Below, in pieces: positions 21,329-31,312 of a stretch of 64,000 nucleotides of DNA. Numbering within the stretch: the first letter of the stretch is position 1; every line of letters begins with the position of its first letter. The notes beneath the pieces were generated by a model, which saw nothing but the letters and a program-made list of their open reading frames with translations, ran no database searches and was not told the origin of the DNA. Origin of the DNA: a virus. Its lineage: Duplodnaviria > Caudoviricetes. A program made the position numbers and the translations under genes. Where the stretch lies: the IMG/VR virus record IMGVR_UViG_3300020492_000001, positions 12,305-76,304 of that record; one strand, given 5' to 3'.

Positions 21329-22117
21329 TTATTTTTTAAGTTTAATTGGTTCTGCTATTTTTAATTCTAAAGGCTCAATTTCATCTTCTTGTGGCATAGT
21401 AGCTTCCCATACTTCTTGAGATTCATCACTCATTGGGTCCATATCTAACATCAATGGTTCTATATTAGTTTCTAAAGATACTTCTTCCACTTCTCCTTCT
21501 TCATATACTTCATCAGGACGAATAACTAAACATCCTAGTTTCTCAAGGATAGATTGACAGTAATCCGCTTTCTCTTCCGCCGACATCTCATTTAACTTAT
21601 CTAAATCCATACTCTTATCCTTACCATGACGGATATAGCTTATCATTAAGTCTTCATCACTAATCTGCTTTAACCCCTTCTCATACTGCTCAACTTCTTC
21701 TAATAATGACTCTACTACATTCATAACTGTATCAAAATACTCATAATCATCGCTAGAATCTGTCTTTGGAGTACTTAATGTAATAGTCTTAGTATCAAAT
21801 ACTCGGCTTGCTACCTTAATCTTAAAGTAACCAGTAACACCCTTCTCAAACTCAATAGATAATACATCGCATCCGTCAAGCAACATTAGTTTTTCATTCT
21901 TAGTTGTACTATCTGTTATTAAACCACAAATATTTAAAGCAAAAAAACGAAACTCTTTAAGTTTGTCTTCTAAGTCTCTTGAAATAGGATGCTTTTTAGT
22001 TAACTTGAAGCCGTCTTCAGTAATCTTGTTGTTCTTAGCCACATCTTCGCGACCCTCTAGGATTAATCCCTTTAAACCTCCTGAATTAACAGTGATTTTA
22101 CTAATTGTTCTTTTCAT
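21329..22117 (-). CDS. Hypothetical protein, acidic C-terminus
   Basis: 262-aa ORF. Confidence 0.65.
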   Translation of the reverse strand: MKRTISKITVNSGGLKGLILEGREDVAKNNKITEDGFKLTKKHPISRDLEDKLKEFRFFALNICGLITDSTTKNEKLMLLDGCDVLSIEFEKGVTGYFKIKVASRVFDTKTITLSTPKTDSSDDYEYFDTVMNVVESLLEEVEQYEKGLKQISDEDLMISYIRHGKDKSMDLDKLNEMSAEEKADYCQSILEKLGCLVIRPDEVYEEGEVEEVSLETNIEPLMLDMDPMSDESQEVWEATMPQEDEIEPLELKIAEPIKLKK

Positions 22118-22239
22118 ATATTTATTTGGTTTTTAATTAAATCTGTAATAAATTAATAAATCTCCTTCTTCATTTATAAATAAGCTTCCTGTACTATTCA
22201 TAAAGTAATTTCTATGAGTACTATAACTATATGTTTGAT

Positions 22240-22581
22240 TTATAAATCTATCCATGTTCTTTCTCCGTTTTCATACCATAAGTAATCATCAATGTTATTA
22301 AATACAATAATAGTAACCGTAACTCTCTGACTACATCTCACAACCCTCTTATCCATATCCTCAAGTAAGTGTTTACTTCTATCTAAGTACTGAGCGTTTA
22401 ATCCTACTTGTATGCTAAAAGGAAGTTTATTACCACTCGGATCAAAAGCTAAATTATCGTCAGCATAAACAGAAGCATCAACCACAGGATCTCTTTCACT
22501 ACCACTATACAGTTCCATATACTGTAAATCATATACACTATCGTATATCGCGTAAGGCTTTATCTTATTAATTGACACCAT
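22240..22581 (-). CDS. Hypothetical protein
   Basis: 113-aa ORF. Confidence 0.55.
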   Translation of the reverse strand: MVSINKIKPYAIYDSVYDLQYMELYSGSERDPVVDASVYADDNLAFDPSGNKLPFSIQVGLNAQYLDRSKHLLEDMDKRVVRCSQRVTVTIIVFNNIDDYLWYENGERTWIDL

Positions 22582-22617
22582 GCTAAATTAATTACTTTTT
22601 TATTAATTACCTATTTT

Positions 22618-22854
22618 TTAACTCAAAGTTGAGTTACTTTTTAAATACCATTCATAAATATCATCATTTATTCTCTCTATCGGGCCATAAGGAAATGGAC
22701 TCTTATTCCATAATATAAAGTCTATATCTTCTTCATCCGCCTTAGGGAAGTAATACAACACTAATTCATGTGGCATCATATCTTCTATTAATGTTAACTT
22801 CTGCATATCTGTCTTTCTATCCACCATTTCGGCGGAACTCTTATCTTCTCCCAT
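22618..22854 (-). CDS. Hypothetical protein
   Basis: ORF directly after the promoter motif at 22861-22889. Confidence 0.55.
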   Translation of the reverse strand: MGEDKSSAEMVDRKTDMQKLTLIEDMMPHELVLYYFPKADEEDIDFILWNKSPFPYGPIERINDDIYEWYLKSNSTLS

Positions 22855-23062
22855 ATACCCTTATACTTAATTATCTTTTAAAAGGTTACAACTAAATTAA
22901 ACTATTTACTAAAATCTTTAATCACTACCGTCCACTTACTAAACCTCTTAACCTTATCCAAATCCCCTACAATCCACCTCTCATCCACCCAATCCCACAT
23001 CAACACCTTTCCTGCCCTCGCCTTCTTTACTTGTCTCAGAAACCCCTTACTTGCCGTTATTC

Positions 23063-23269
23063 TCATCTCCAACTTATTTTACATATAATATACAAATCAA
23101 ACACCTCTTCATCAGATAACTTATCCAAACTCCCCCAACTAGTCCTCCCATATTGGTCACTATAACTATGCCCAGCTTTCTTAACTAATCCATTACTAAA
23201 CTCAGAGTAATTAACCCCAATACCCATAACCAAGGCTTCCAAATCTTTTCTATCTAATTCTACTTGCAT
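23063..23269 (-). CDS. Hypothetical protein
   Basis: ORF directly after the promoter motif at 23286-23315. Confidence 0.55.
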   Translation of the reverse strand: MQVELDRKDLEALVMGIGVNYSEFSNGLVKKAGHSYSDQYGRTSWGSLDKLSDEEVFDLYIICKISWR

Positions 23270-23659
23270 ATCTCTTTTTTACTGCTTATACGCAAGTACT
23301 TTCCTAAAGGTTACGTTATACCTCAAATATTTTATTGATTATTTAAACAACGAATTTTTTTTATTTTTAAAATTATTTTTATGGTACTATATAGGTTGAA
23401 TTTCCGAATAGAAAGTAAAGTCGGGGGTACGGGGGATAAGAGAAAGCCATAAGGATAAACAGATAATTGAAATTAGGATTTTTACAGGTTAGTAAATTAG
23501 GATTTATATATAGTAAATTGGTTTATACTATGCTAGTAGTAAATGATATAAATTAGTAATGTGATATATATAAAATTATTATTTTAATATAGCCGCCGCC
23601 TTGCATAATCATTTTACACAGCCACCAACATACAACACACTAACCAAGGAACAACACAC

Positions 23660-24140
23660 GTTTATAACTCAAACTTGAGTCAGAATAACCGACAACAAAC
23701 GGATAATAAACGACAACAAACGGATAAATAGCCCTTACCGTTCATCAAGCTATACAACCGTTCATGTAATAGATCCTTTTTTAACATATTTATAGTAAGT
23801 TTGGCACACGATTAAACGACAACAAACGGCTATTTAAGCAATTACCGTTAATCCTGGATTATTACCACTTATGTAATAAATTAAATTTATGTGATTTTGG
23901 CACGATATTATTTAAAACTATCATTTTTGGGCTGAGTATAAAGGTTAAGTAAATAGGGTAAATTAAAACTAAATTTTAACACACTATTTTTACATACTGT
24001 TTACCGCTCATCAAATAGGTAGTTCATATTGATAGTTTGGCACACTTTTAGATTTTTGTAAAGCCCCTATTTATAGGCTTTTTGAGGCATTCCATTTGTT
24101 GTCGATTAAGTTTAGTTATTTACTTACCGTTCATGTAGTA
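23660..24140. repeat. Non-coding region with interspersed short repeats (origin/terminus candidate)
   Basis: CGACAACAAACGG at 23690, 23711, 23817 (inverted partial ~24096); ACCGTTCAT-like about 6 times; TTTGGCAC 3 times; at the divergence point of transcription. Confidence 0.6.
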
Positions 24141-24218
24141 TTCACATAGTGAGTTTAAAGTATTTGTACATTTGAATAAGGAAACAAACTAATATAAACC
24201 CTTTAATAAATAGAAATT

Positions 24219-24638
24219 ATGAAAAACCCAACTAAAAAAGAACTAATGTATAATAACATTAAAAGACACGGCGAAAACCTAAATACTATTTTTAACACTG
24301 GTATTGAACCAATAGAACTATGTAAAAAACTGTTTAGAGTAGAAAGAAAAGCCCACCACGCAACAACATGTTTATTAAATACTAATACTTTACATTTATT
24401 AGAACTAAACAAATTAACAGGATACGACGTAAAACAAACAACCGAAGAAGAACAAGAGAAGTTTTTTAACGGTATTGAAAAGCAAATTGTTAAGATATTA
24501 GGCGACAAAGCGAAAGATTTAGTATATATCAATTTTGACGCTAGAGGATACGCTTTAAAGATTAAAAGCGAAAAAGCAATAGATTTAAACATTTATAAAG
24601 ATTTTGGCGGATACGGTATAATTGCACCCGAATTTTAA
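24219..24638 (+). CDS. Hypothetical early protein
   Basis: First gene of the rightward cluster; TACATTTG (Bacteroidota -7 type) upstream at ~24167. Confidence 0.65.
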   Translation: MKNPTKKELMYNNIKRHGENLNTIFNTGIEPIELCKKLFRVERKAHHATTCLLNTNTLHLLELNKLTGYDVKQTTEEEQEKFFNGIEKQIVKILGDKAKDLVYINFDARGYALKIKSEKAIDLNIYKDFGGYGIIAPEF

Positions 24639-24721
24639 ACACAAAATGCGTTTTGTCCACCGAGTGAATACCAATGTTTACAGGCTTTTAACATTTTTAA
24701 CCCCCTTAAAAAACTAATCCC

Positions 24722-24970
24722 ATGAAAAACCCACAAATAACCTTAAAACTTCGCGACCTAATGAATAGAGAAAGACAAGCGAAAAACGACCTAATTGGTT
24801 GTATATTAGACAATTACAGAGAAACAGCGCCACATTTAGTTAATGGTGACACATTTAACCAGTTGTATGATATGGAAATGTACCAACTAAATGACATTTT
24901 AAGCGACTTAATTAGTGAATTATACGCAAATATTGAACAACAACTAGAGAGATTTAAACAACGTAACTAA
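24722..24970 (+). CDS. Hypothetical early protein
   Basis: ORF with A/C-rich leader. Confidence 0.6.
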   Translation: MKNPQITLKLRDLMNRERQAKNDLIGCILDNYRETAPHLVNGDTFNQLYDMEMYQLNDILSDLISELYANIEQQLERFKQRN

Positions 24971-25108
24971 TTGATTTTTAAGTTGTTGGAAGTATAAGAA
25001 TTATATAATACACATTACAATATGCTTATATACTATCCGACAACAAACGACTACCAACGTATTAAGGTTAAGTATTAAAGGTAAATTAACAATTTAAAAT
25101 ATAAAGAC

Positions 25109-25408
25109 ATGAAAAACGAAGTTAAGACAATAGATATTCAAGCTAAAGAGTGGTTTGATAAGTTAAACGGCAATAGTTACTTTTCGGGCTTAGTAACGGT
25201 TAACTATGGAATGGCAGATGCTAAAGAATTTATAATGCCGTTTCAATATGGTTACGGTAGTAGTTACGAGAGTACAGGATTAAGTATAATAAGAAAGGCT
25301 TATAAATTAGATAGTGTGTATACTAGTGATTTAAGAGATAATGGTATTATAGTACGTTCTAATATAGAAAGAAAGTGTAAACAAAGAGAGTTAAAAGAGT
25401 ATAAATAG
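25109..25408 (+). CDS. Hypothetical early protein
   Basis: 99-aa ORF. Confidence 0.65.
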   Translation: MKNEVKTIDIQAKEWFDKLNGNSYFSGLVTVNYGMADAKEFIMPFQYGYGSSYESTGLSIIRKAYKLDSVYTSDLRDNGIIVRSNIERKCKQRELKEYK

Positions 25409-25505
25409 ATACAGCCGCCGAAGTGTAAAAACGATTTTTAAATCCTAATTAATAAACGGAATTATAACGCAAACTTGAGTTAAAAACAATCTAAAATTTA
25501 AGAAA

Positions 25506-25709
25506 ATGATAAGCTATTTAAACCATACAGAAACAGAAAGTACAAAAGCCCATACAGATATAATGTTAAATGGTGAATATATAGGATACTATATTAAAGA
25601 TAATGAAGTTTTAACCGCATTCATTGAGATAGATAGAGAAATGTACGCAGGCGACTTCAAAAACACTAAACAATTAGAAATAACAATCAAAAACATAATA
25701 AACCCCTAA
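25506..25709 (+). CDS. Hypothetical early protein
   Basis: 67-aa ORF. Confidence 0.55.
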   Translation: MISYLNHTETESTKAHTDIMLNGEYIGYYIKDNEVLTAFIEIDREMYAGDFKNTKQLEITIKNIINP

Positions 25710-25722
25710 AAACCCAAAAACC

Positions 25723-25932
25723 ATGAAAACAGTAATTTTAACACTAGCAAGCACAATTTTATTAAATAGCTGCACACTACACAAATTTAACGTTGACGCC
25801 TGCCCGAAATGGACAAACAACATTAAAAACCCTGACAATTTAGAATTTATCGAAGAAGTAGCCTTTAATCTTAATAAAGCACCTCAACAAGTAACACAGA
25901 CAGAATTTAACGCTAGATATGCAAACAACTAA
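25723..25932 (+). CDS. Putative lipoprotein
   Basis: Signal peptide with lipobox-like LLNSC. Confidence 0.5.
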   Translation: MKTVILTLASTILLNSCTLHKFNVDACPKWTNNIKNPDNLEFIEEVAFNLNKAPQQVTQTEFNARYANN

Positions 25933-25977
25933 TAAAAACCCCTAAACAATAAATAAACCCCTTAATAATTAGAAACC

Positions 25978-26223
25978 ATGGTAAGTAAAGCAACAATAAA
26001 AGGATTAGATTTTAATACTATTGAAGAATATTTTGAATATATTTTAGATAGTAGGACCAACGGCCAACGCAAGCAAGCCCAGGAATTATATAAAAAACTA
26101 AGTACAAGACAGAAAAACGATTTCGAAAATTGGTTTGACGTTTATACATACTATGATAGAGCAGATGAGGACCAAACAACAAGCGAAAGTATAAATGATA
26201 TGCTTGCATATTTAAAAGATTAA
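25978..26223 (+). CDS. Hypothetical early protein
   Basis: 81-aa ORF followed immediately by the GGAACTATAAT motif. Confidence 0.6.
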   Translation: MVSKATIKGLDFNTIEEYFEYILDSRTNGQRKQAQELYKKLSTRQKNDFENWFDVYTYYDRADEDQTTSESINDMLAYLKD

Positions 26224-26261
26224 AGGAACTATAATTTAAAACCCCTAAAAACATAAAAGCC

Positions 26262-26459
26262 ATGAAAACATTAAATAATAATACTATCCAAGAAAATAAA
26301 AGAGCTTTTTTAGCAACTTGTAACGGCGCCACAGTGAAAGAAACAGACAAAACACTATATAAATTTTGTTATATGTTTGGCCCAAAGACATTAATTTTTT
26401 GGAAAGATACAGGCAGGATAAGTGTAAGAATTCGATTTAATGATAAAGGACTCAATTAA
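26262..26459 (+). CDS. Hypothetical early protein
   Basis: 65-aa ORF bounded by motifs. Confidence 0.55.
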   Translation: MKTLNNNTIQENKRAFLATCNGATVKETDKTLYKFCYMFGPKTLIFWKDTGRISVRIRFNDKGLN

Positions 26460-26525
26460 TTAAGGGAACTATAATGTAACCTTTGTATAAATAAATTAGT
26501 ATAAATATTCTAAAACCTTAAAATT

Positions 26526-26675
26526 ATGTTATTCGATACGCCAATAAGTAAAACAAAAGTAAGAAACGGGATTTTTGCATACAAATATGCAAACGGCTGC
26601 ATTAATATTAATGGAGAAAAGTTTTTTGACTACTCAGTTAAAGACGCTATTAAAATTTGGAGAAGTAAACATTAA
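26526..26675 (+). CDS. Small hypothetical protein (49 aa, not in ORF track)
   Basis: MLFDTPISKTKVRNG...IWRSKH; follows the promoter motif at 26476. Confidence 0.5.
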   Translation: MLFDTPISKTKVRNGIFAYKYANGCININGEKFFDYSVKDAIKIWRSKH

Positions 26676-26687
26676 AACCTTAAAGCC

Positions 26688-26828
26688 ATGAAATACGAAA
26701 TAAAACTATTGACACCGCGCGGACCAATAACAGAAATTTACACAGATACGCAAGACTTAACAGAGTTTAATAAGCAAATGATAGACAAACACGGACAGTT
26801 TATAATGCTATCATCTAACCCAATTTAA
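26688..26828 (+). CDS. Small hypothetical protein (46 aa, not in ORF track)
   Basis: MKYEIKLLTPRGP...; followed by the GGAACTATAAT motif. Confidence 0.5.
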   Translation: MKYEIKLLTPRGPITEIYTDTQDLTEFNKQMIDKHGQFIMLSSNPI

Positions 26829-26866
26829 TAAAGGAACTATAATATAAACCATTAATACTAAAAACC

Positions 26867-27094
26867 ATGGCAAATTTAACCAAAGCAGAAAGACATAACA
26901 GAATGTTAAATAATACATTCGATACATACCGCAAGCAACAAGCAGAGAAAAGAGATTTTTTACCAACCGTTAACGAGTATTCACACTTCCTGGATGAAGC
27001 AGTTAAGCGACTTAAAATAACAAGAGATGAAGCGAGGAACCAATACGGCAAGTTTACACACGGCCAATGGAAAGAACTGTTACAACTATTTTAA
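26867..27094 (+). CDS. Hypothetical early protein
   Basis: 75-aa ORF bounded by motifs. Confidence 0.6.
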   Translation: MANLTKAERHNRMLNNTFDTYRKQQAEKRDFLPTVNEYSHFLDEAVKRLKITRDEARNQYGKFTHGQWKELLQLF

Positions 27095-27135
27095 AAAGGA
27101 ATTATAATCAATTTTAACCCTTAATACATACAACT

Positions 27136-27426
27136 ATGAAAAACTTAACTAAATCCGACCTGGTAAACATTGAAGCATTAAAAGCAGTATTAATAATGCT
27201 GAGTAATGATATTAAAGACGTAAAGGCAAAAGTAGATATACCCTCAAACAAGGCTGAAAAGATATTCAGTTTATACAGACATAAAGCCCAATTAATTAAC
27301 AGCGCCGCCGACAAGTACCCTCATATTAATTGGCTAAATGTAGCATTAGGAGAGGAAACAAACTCAGAAAGAAGTTTAAAAGATACAGTAAGGATCAAAA
27401 TAGAGACACGTTTAAACCTTAATTAA
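27136..27426 (+). CDS. Hypothetical early protein
   Basis: 96-aa ORF bounded by motifs. Confidence 0.6.
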   Translation: MKNLTKSDLVNIEALKAVLIMLSNDIKDVKAKVDIPSNKAEKIFSLYRHKAQLINSAADKYPHINWLNVALGEETNSERSLKDTVRIKIETRLNLN

Positions 27427-27466
27427 TAAACGGAAGTATAATATTAATCACTTAAAATTAGAAATT

Positions 27467-27691
27467 ATGGATATGTTCGCTCAATCAAAATTAAATAAAT
27501 GGTACAGAAAAGCCATTAAAGAGTTAAAAAGTGATATAAAACACTACTTAAACCTAAAAAATACGGATAACTTAAACAGAACTGTTTTGGCTGATGTTTT
27601 AAGACGTAAAAGAACTGAACTACTTAATGTGATGACAGACGCTCAAAACGACTTTAATACAGTTAATTGGATTGAATTATATAACAAGTAA
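27467..27691 (+). CDS. Hypothetical early protein
   Basis: 74-aa ORF. Confidence 0.55.
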   Translation: MDMFAQSKLNKWYRKAIKELKSDIKHYLNLKNTDNLNRTVLADVLRRKRTELLNVMTDAQNDFNTVNWIELYNK

Positions 27692-27694
27692 GCT

Positions 27695-27928
27695 ATGATA
27701 CACACGATATTACCACAGAACGGAGTTATAATTTACATGAAGTACAGTAATGAAGTGATAACAATAGGCTTTAAAAAGGCTAAAGGAGTAATACAGGAGC
27801 GTAGTTATTTTTGTGACAAAGAAACCGCATACAGATTTTTTTACAGCAAAACCGCCGAACAGACTTTATCATTTTTTAGTAATAATATTAAAGGAAAATT
27901 GAAACTAATTGACGTAAATTTGCGTTAA
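27695..27928 (+). CDS. Hypothetical early protein
   Basis: 77-aa ORF. Confidence 0.5.
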   Translation: MIHTILPQNGVIIYMKYSNEVITIGFKKAKGVIQERSYFCDKETAYRFFYSKTAEQTLSFFSNNIKGKLKLIDVNLR

Positions 27929-27954
27929 ACAGTTAAATTAAAAAAGGAATTATA

Positions 27955-28533
27955 ATGGAAAATGAAGTTTGGATTGATATAAAAGGATATGAAGGGCAGT
28001 ATCAAATATCTAATTTAGGTAGAGTTAAAAGCCTTGAAAGAGAAGTATTAAGGCCTTTAAATTCCTATACTATACCTACCAAGATATTAAAACATGGTAA
28101 AAACAAAAAAGGGTATGAATATGTTAATTTGTGTAAATACTCAAAAGTAAAACTAAACGTAATTCACAGATTAGTGGCAATACATTTTATTCCTAATACA
28201 GAAAATAAAGCAACTGTTAATCACAAAAACGGCATAAAAATAGATAATAGAGTTGAAAATTTAGAGTGGAATACTGTATCTGAAAACACAAAACACGCTC
28301 ATAAAAATGGGCTATCCAATATAAGTGAACTAAATAGACAAATGTCAAGAGATAGACTTTATAAAAAAGTAATACATACCGAAACAAATAAAATATTTAA
28401 TTCAGTACAATCCGCCGCCGAGTTTTTTAAAATAAACAAACAGAATCTATCATCTAAATTAAACGGAAAAAAGAAAAACAATACTGGATTAATATTTTAT
28501 GAAGAAAATAACTCAAACTTGAATTATAAATGA
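27955..28533 (+). CDS. NUMOD4-HNH homing endonuclease
   Basis: EVWIDIKGYEGQYQISNLGRVKS (NUMOD4), VIHRLVA...VNHKNGIKIDNRVENLEW (HNH), C-terminal IENR1-like FNSVQSAA. Confidence 0.9.
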   Translation: MENEVWIDIKGYEGQYQISNLGRVKSLEREVLRPLNSYTIPTKILKHGKNKKGYEYVNLCKYSKVKLNVIHRLVAIHFIPNTENKATVNHKNGIKIDNRVENLEWNTVSENTKHAHKNGLSNISELNRQMSRDRLYKKVIHTETNKIFNSVQSAAEFFKINKQNLSSKLNGKKKNNTGLIFYEENNSNLNYK

Positions 28534-28723
28534 TAATTTATAAGTGGAAGTATAATGCAAACTAATAAGTTGATATTAAAATCAAATTCTACTTATCAAA
28601 TTTCAATCCTGCTGATACTTTATAACAAATCTAATACAATATACCATAAATACATTTAACCTCATTAAAATCAAATTAAATCAATATTAAGCCGCCGAGT
28701 GATATTTTACCATTAAGGGGTTA

Positions 28724-29035
28724 ATGGTTCATGGGTTCATTAAAATACATAAGGCGGCTTTACTTAACTTTACTACTATGATAAAAGAACTTGACATAAC
28801 AATAGACAGCGCCGAGCTTAATTGCTCAGTAAACTTTGAATATTTTAAAGACTCAGATGAAGTAGATATTAGAATCTATGATATTAAAAATGGATCAATA
28901 GAAATATCGGAACTACTCAGCGCCGAGCAAATAGAAGATATTAAATGGAAGTGCCAGGTGCATTATGAAAATACTGCATTTGAATATTGGGAGCAACGAT
29001 ACGAGGAACGTAACTCAGGGCTTGCTAGAGATTAA
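28724..29035 (+). CDS. Hypothetical protein (start probably 28778)
   Basis: Acidic ORF, last of the rightward cluster. Confidence 0.5.
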   Translation: MVHGFIKIHKAALLNFTTMIKELDITIDSAELNCSVNFEYFKDSDEVDIRIYDIKNGSIEISELLSAEQIEDIKWKCQVHYENTAFEYWEQRYEERNSGLARD

Positions 29036-29048
29036 TTTATAAAGGGAA

Positions 29049-29387
29049 CTATAATGGTTTTTTGAATACTATTGAATCTATATTTTCGAGTCCCCTAAAA
29101 GCTACATTAACATATACATTCTTTCCATTCCTTGCTATTATACCTGACTTTATTAGTCGGGTTATAGCTGTTCCTAATGTTGTGTAAGGTACATTCATCT
29201 CTTTCTGTATCCTCCTTCTGATATGCTTATCGAGATTAAACGGATTAAAGAGGTCGAATTTAATAAGGACTTTGATTAAGTTTATTTCCATATCCGCCGT
29301 GGTCCCGAATTGAGATGCTAAGAGTCTTATGAAAGCATCCTCTCCTTTTAATCTTATTACTTTGGACTTACGCTTACCAGTTTCCAT
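29049..29387 (-). CDS. Winged-helix DNA-binding protein
   Basis: LGTAITRLIKSGII...VYVN winged-HTH pattern. Confidence 0.5.
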   Translation of the reverse strand: METGKRKSKVIRLKGEDAFIRLLASQFGTTADMEINLIKVLIKFDLFNPFNLDKHIRRRIQKEMNVPYTTLGTAITRLIKSGIIARNGKNVYVNVAFRGLENIDSIVFKKPL

Positions 29388-29919
29388 ATTTCTTTGTATA
29401 TTCTTTAAATACTTTCTCTATATCATTACAATATTCTGTTAATTCTCCTGCTAGTTTATCCGCCGAACTGTATTCTATAATATCTAAATACTCCTTATGT
29501 CTGGATGCTCTTGCAAACTTTCTAGGATTACTTGAATATACCATATAAGGATTGATCATAAATCTATTCTTACCTTTTATTCTTATTAATAGTCCTTTCT
29601 CTACTAAAGATATAAATGTCATCCGCGCATTGTCCCTCGAAGTTTTATACTTTACTTTATCTACTCCGTATATCTCCATAGCTCTATCAGAAGCTTTGTC
29701 AAACTGTTGTAATAGAGTAGTAGAGTAAGTTAATACGTTTACTTGGTCGCTATATCCTACAAGCCATGTGAATAAGGCACACTCTGTTGGGTCTAAATAT
29801 AGGAATATGTTACACCAATGACGAGTGAAGGCTTTATTACAAGATTGGTCCGCTAACTCCTGTTTAGGTAGAAGTTCTTTTAAGGTTATAGACTCTATTA
29901 GTTTAGTGTTGCCTGCCAT
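29374..29919 (-). CDS. RepL-like winged-helix protein
   Basis: SLVEKGLLIRIKGKNRFMINP resembles the RepL/wHTH wing motif. Confidence 0.5.
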   Translation of the reverse strand: MAGNTKLIESITLKELLPKQELADQSCNKAFTRHWCNIFLYLDPTECALFTWLVGYSDQVNVLTYSTTLLQQFDKASDRAMEIYGVDKVKYKTSRDNARMTFISLVEKGLLIRIKGKNRFMINPYMVYSSNPRKFARASRHKEYLDIIEYSSADKLAGELTEYCNDIEKVFKEYTKKYGNW

Positions 29920-30033
29920 TTATAATTCAAATTTGCATTATTTTATTCATATAATTACTATAAACTTATATATTTTGTTTTATGGGTGGTTTTTACCTAT
30001 TATTCTTTATTATGCTCAGTGGTGTTTTAGAGT

Positions 30034-30663
30034 TTAGATTATAACTAGCTTAGTATGGTTTTGATTGACTCCTTTTATCCAAACACAGTGCATATATTCT
30101 ATGCTATCTGTTGCTCCTTTTAAGAAACTTATACGCTTTCTATGAACAAAGGTTACTGATGGCATATTATCTTTCCAAAATTCAGCGCGTTCTTTTGAAC
30201 CAAAGAAGTTTAATCTAAGTAACATAATTACATAGCCTCCATCTTTTACTTCTAACTGAGCTTTTTTGATAATAGGCACGGCTACATTAAATGGAGGATT
30301 AGTAATAATTATATCTGCGCGGTTCAAAATAGGTTCACTAGCTATATAGTCTGATTTAACCTTAGCTAAACTATCTTCTCTAATATCAATAGATTGAATA
30401 TTGTTATCATCCACTCCGTGCTTATTTAAGCAATAAGGATAGCTTGGTGGATTATATCCTTTATCATTACTTGATGGATTTCCTCCCGCACAAGGATCTA
30501 AAAACTTTAAATCGTCTCTAAATGTTCCGTCTTGTAAAAACAAGTGTGTTAATTCGTTTGAATTATACATTTCTTTAAATAAATCAAAAATTGCCGCTGG
30601 TGGTGTTACATAATAATCACTTACATGGTTATCTCTCGCGTTACTTCTGTTTGTACTACTCAT
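30034..30663 (-). CDS. DNA methyltransferase (amino-MTase, probably N6-adenine)
   Basis: Motif I LDPCAGG and motif IV ITNPPF. Confidence 0.8.
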   Translation of the reverse strand: MSSTNRSNARDNHVSDYYVTPPAAIFDLFKEMYNSNELTHLFLQDGTFRDDLKFLDPCAGGNPSSNDKGYNPPSYPYCLNKHGVDDNNIQSIDIREDSLAKVKSDYIASEPILNRADIIITNPPFNVAVPIIKKAQLEVKDGGYVIMLLRLNFFGSKERAEFWKDNMPSVTFVHRKRISFLKGATDSIEYMHCVWIKGVNQNHTKLVII

Positions 30664-31012
30664 CTATCTTAGTTAAGGTTATTTCAAATTTATCTATGAA
30701 CTTACTACTGTCCTTCTTGTATTCTTTTATTAGTTGTCCGATTACTATTAAATCATCCGCCGATACCGAAGTAAGATTTTCTACTAAATCCTTATACTCT
30801 CTCATTAGATTAACAGTGAACATCTCATCTACTTGGAATATCTTAGGAAGTTCTGTTTTAAGCATCTTTTCTAACTCAGTGGATAGATTACCTGACAAAT
30901 GCTTTATCTGCTGTCTATACACAGGAGTTTCCTTTAATTCCTCAAGATAGTTAGATAGTAACTCGGCACATATTACAGTATTAGTGTAAGTGAATAGTTG
31001 TTTCTCAGTCAT
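30656..31012 (-). CDS. Hypothetical protein
   Basis: 118-aa helical ORF overlapping the MTase start. Confidence 0.6.
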   Translation of the reverse strand: MTEKQLFTYTNTVICAELLSNYLEELKETPVYRQQIKHLSGNLSTELEKMLKTELPKIFQVDEMFTVNLMREYKDLVENLTSVSADDLIVIGQLIKEYKKDSSKFIDKFEITLTKIDE

Positions 31013-31014
31013 AA

Positions 31015-31209
31015 TTAAATATTAGATTCATCATTAACATCCTCACTGCTATAATGGTCATCAATAGATTCATATTCACTCTCTTCATTAAACCATATCC
31101 AAAATAAAGGAATAGATATAAATCCCATTATTAAAGCTATTGGCCATATCTGACACAACACCTCCCATATATAAATTAGCGTTTCCATCTTATTAATTAT
31201 TAAGTGCAA
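31015..31209 (-). CDS. Small membrane protein
   Basis: One TM and acidic tail. Confidence 0.45.
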   Translation of the reverse strand: MHLIINKMETLIYIWEVLCQIWPIALIMGFISIPLFWIWFNEESEYESIDDHYSSEDVNDESNI

Positions 31210-31312
31210 TACATATCAATACTAATATTCCTAATCCTATTACTATATTGGACTCTCTACCAGATATAATCTCTATAAACTTATCTCTAATCATTTATAA
31301 TTCAAGTTTGAG

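Larger units (their letters stand above)
24988..29055 (+). repeat. GGAA(C/G/T)TATAA(T) motif, 10 co-oriented copies at gene junctions
   Basis: 24988, 25458, 26225, 26465, 26833, 27098, 27432, 27946, 28546, 29045. Confidence 0.8.

Noticed and set aside
24988-29055. Plain sigma70 -10 boxes
   Set aside because: There is no TTGACA-like -35, the GGAAN prefix is invariant, and the likely host uses TAnnTTTG promoters; kept as an unexplained motif.
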